Assembly: GCF_021869535.1 (NCBI RefSeq)
Contig: NW_026262723.1
Location: 58,590,001-58,654,000, forward strand
Reading direction: 5' to 3'
DNA length: 64,000 bases
Origin: Mytilus californianus
Lineage: Eukaryota
The notes below the pieces were generated by a model that worked only from the letters and a program-made list of their open reading frames with translations, had not been told where the DNA came from and did no database searches. Below are positions 61,301 through 64,000 of this stretch, piece by piece (position 1 is the first letter of the stretch; every line of letters starts with the position of its first letter). A program made the position numbers and the translations under genes.

Positions 61301-64000
61301 GAGCAGCAATGTACACAGTGAGTTTGCTAGTAAATAAACATTTAAACATTTAGAGAAAACTATATGACATTCAACATTGAAAACAGTCGGGCTATAAATC
61401 GTCTTTACAAGATGTGAAACAGAACAAGGCAGCTCTTGTGAATGTATTGAACTATTAACAAACTGAATATAGGAAAATTTGCTCGAACAAGATGGAGTGT
61501 CAGTAAGATTTTTAGATGAAGATGAATAAATTGAACTGTGAGCTATTCCTCACAAATGATATGTCAGCTATGAGCATTCAGGAAGTTGATGAGCATTTTA
61601 CAGTAAAGCTTGCTCACATGAAGCCGTTTAACGAATTTCAAGAAAATCAGATTGTAGTTCCTGAGAAAAATGTGACAAACAGACAGGGGTAAAACAGTAT
61701 ATTCCCTCTTTCGTCATAAGAAAGGGGGTATAATTAAAAATGAGCTACAAATAATACCATATCTAAAGCTTCATCAAAAGCTGCTGTAACAATAGATCCA
61801 TCCAGATTCATCTCATCCTCCATGGTCAGACCACCTGTTCTCATACTGTTGTGGTCACCAGGTAGCTTCAGTTCACCGACACCTACTATCGACCATACTC
61901 GTAAGTTTTTACCCACACTGCCAGTCAAAAGTCTTCCACTACGACACATGATCACATCTGTAAACACACAAAATGTCAACATCAATACACACAAAGGATT
62001 AAATTGGTAAGACAATGATATACTGTAAGTTCAGATATCATTGCATGCATATAAGTGAGATTGTTGAACAAGAATGCAAAATTATTTATTGCAATTTCAT
62101 AATATACTGCATATTTTAAATAATGGTATCAAAATTTAAAATGCAAGTTTTTCTTTTTGCAATTTTCGCAATAATAAAAAACATTGTTAAATTTTCTGAA
62201 CATAGAGTAAATTGTATGAGAATATCAGTGGCAAATAACTGTACATCACAAAATAAATGTGTTTGAAAATGTCGGTGTACCAACAGCGAATGAAGAACAG
62301 GCATAGAATAAGTTTCTAAATAATTGCTACTGTAAATATAGAAACTTTTGGATTTTTATTTTTATAAAGTCGATAGAATAAGTATAGCATTAAAAAATTG
62401 GCATCAAGAATTATTGGATGCGTTATTTGTATCACATGATTTGCATGCAGCATTTCCTGAAATCATATTAATTTGTCTTGCATTTTTGGTTTATTGATAA
62501 AAAACAAATGAACAAATCCACACAAAAGTATCATAATTTACATTACACACATTGATTTTGCTGTACTACTTTTTCTTATTCTTAGTCGATCAATTATGAA
62601 TTTTCTTGCTTTCCTCTGGTTTTGCTATTGTGACATCACAAAAAAATGTCACATAGAAACAAATTAATCTTTTTGTCGATCATTAAAAAAAGAAAGAGGA
62701 CTATGTCTTCATATTGTATAAAAGTTATTAGAGGAAAAATTCCACCACTATATATCATGTCAAATAATATTTTCCTACTCTTGGCGGTTATATCTTAAAT
62801 GTTTAAATCACTCATCAAGCCTCACATTTTAAACTTGAAAATTTAATTAGAGAGGAGTAATATTGTATCACATTAGATGCATTAGTAGAATCTATTTTTA
62901 CATTATTCACATGTACTTGTATTTATATGCAATTTCTGTGCCATAAACTTAAAAGATGGATAAAATATGACTATTTTGAACTGAAAGTACATATTTATTC
63001 CATCTCTTAATAATATATTTGCTCTCTCATTCAGCGTTGTATGCATTTAATATTAAAATAATATTGGTGGCTAAACAATAAGGAACAAATATAACATTTA
63101 TATACAAGTCAATTATTTATTTAATGTTATCTAATAAATAAAGTATGTAAAATTGTTTGGAGTATATATGTAAGCTTATTACAAAACTTAATGCATGAAA
63201 GGCTAAAACATACACACCTATTTCTGATTTATCTGCCTCCCAGTGTATAAAACATGTGTTATGCCGTGTGTCCCAGGCTGACACTTTACCACTACTTGTA
63301 GAAATATACAGAGTACTGTCCCCTGCATACTCCATGGCAGTAAAATCAACTGATTCAACATCCTAAAAAGATTAATCATCCATTTTATATAAATTGTACA
63401 ATATACTATACTGCAATATTTCATTGGAAGAACAGTAATAATAACTGACCCTCATGGAAAAAAAACCAGAAAAAATATGTTTTACTACTTTTTTTCTATT
63501 TTGGCTTTAGTTAATTCTGTTATTGGGCACTTATCCTATGACTATCTTAGGAAATAATTGCTATTATTTGAAAACTAATTATTGGATTAGTCATAAACAT
63601 TTAGCATTTGACACTGACATAATGATAAATGATTTTTTCACATGAATACAAGCAAAAGAATTTATTTTAGATATATGTTCGGGAGGGATATATCCATTTA
63701 GGTTTACTAAACCACGTGATTTTTTTAATATTTTGAAGTGTGACCTACAGTTTTATACTATAACTTTTTTTTAAAAGTTTAAATGAGAGTTGACGCACAT
63801 TCCCTAAAATTACTACTTGTTTAAGTTCAACATACCTTATGGTGCCCCTCTAATAGTTCTTCTGGTACTTCAGCTTCGTGTACATTCAGGCAAACATCAG
63901 TAGTTGTTTCGTCCAGTAACCAGAAGAGGACTGTACCATTCTGTCCCACTGTGGCAAACTCATTGACAGTGTATGGATCCCACTTCAATTCATGTACTGG
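55307..64000 (-). CDS. WDR90: WD repeat-containing protein 90 (centriolar POC16-like), 3' part; 5' end lies outside the window
   Basis: Minus-strand exons 64000-63836, 63362-63218, 61957-61758, 60994-60905, 60332-60213, 59619-59379, 58415-58108, 57364-57242, 56424-56340, 55461-55307 (TGA); phases consistent. Multiple WD40 repeats (FASCADDGSVRVWS, IAAGYSDGTVRVFD, GHSDSINFVKFSPD). WLATSADRRVSVWSADW..CELVDWLTFPAP and the terminal SEIFIWEV resemble vertebrate WDR90. Confidence 0.85.
56580..56870 (+). repeat. Interspersed repeat (retroposon-like 3' fragment)
   Basis: GATCTGCTTACCCTTCCAGAGCACCTGA...CCATGGCATTGTCAGTTTGTTTTCGACTTATGAGTTTGAATATCCCTTTG; a closely related tail lies at about 26300-26355 and a looser one at about 310-420. 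Confidence 0.55.
59093..59344 (-). mobile_element. SINE copy (older), same family, in WDR90 intron
   Basis: Reverse complement reads GGGGCCCAGTGGCCAAGTGGTC...CACTAGCCAGTCAACACTGAGG...GACTCCAATCTTAATTGACTAGGATTG...(ATCA)n tail. Confidence 0.75.
59895..60125 (-). mobile_element. Diverged SINE copy of a related family in WDR90 intron
   Basis: (ATTG)n tail followed by homology to the central and 3' parts of the 29036 SINE in reverse orientation; head decayed. Confidence 0.6.

Noticed and set aside
1-64000. Horizontally acquired, viral or prokaryotic segment; autonomous transposase or reverse transcriptase
   Set aside because: No long intronless ORF (the longest in the track is 138 aa), no abrupt sustained GC shift, and no RT, integrase, Rep/helicase or DDE motifs were seen.

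Overview
AT-rich, intron-rich eukaryotic genomic DNA, not prokaryotic; no CRISPR array, rRNA or true tRNA gene is seen. The repeat landscape (hairpin-plus-microsatellite Helentron-associated elements, tRNA-derived SINEs with (AAATC)n/(ATCA)n tails) points to a bivalve mollusc, probably Mytilus (inference). Four spliced genes were rebuilt by hand, with exon phases consistent throughout: (1) the 3' part of an ABCA transporter (ABCA12/13-like, +, 19 exons, 528-21435); (2) TSR3 (-, 6 exons, 42835-33180); (3) SPC24 (+, 4 coding exons, 49582-53383), whose last intron is U12-type; (4) the 3' part of WDR90 (-, 10 exons, 64000-55307). Introns and intergenic DNA are packed with non-autonomous Helentron-like (HINE/pearl-type) elements carrying internal satellite arrays with higher-order structure, plus PIF/Harbinger-like MITEs, foldback elements and SINEs. 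I found no clearly new gene system. The most notable observations are the minor-spliceosome intron, a tandem amplification of a TSR3 exon end with its splice donor, satellite higher-order repeats growing inside transposons, a head-to-tail HINE pair, and an FxNPxY motif plus a PDZ-type terminus on the ABCA tail.
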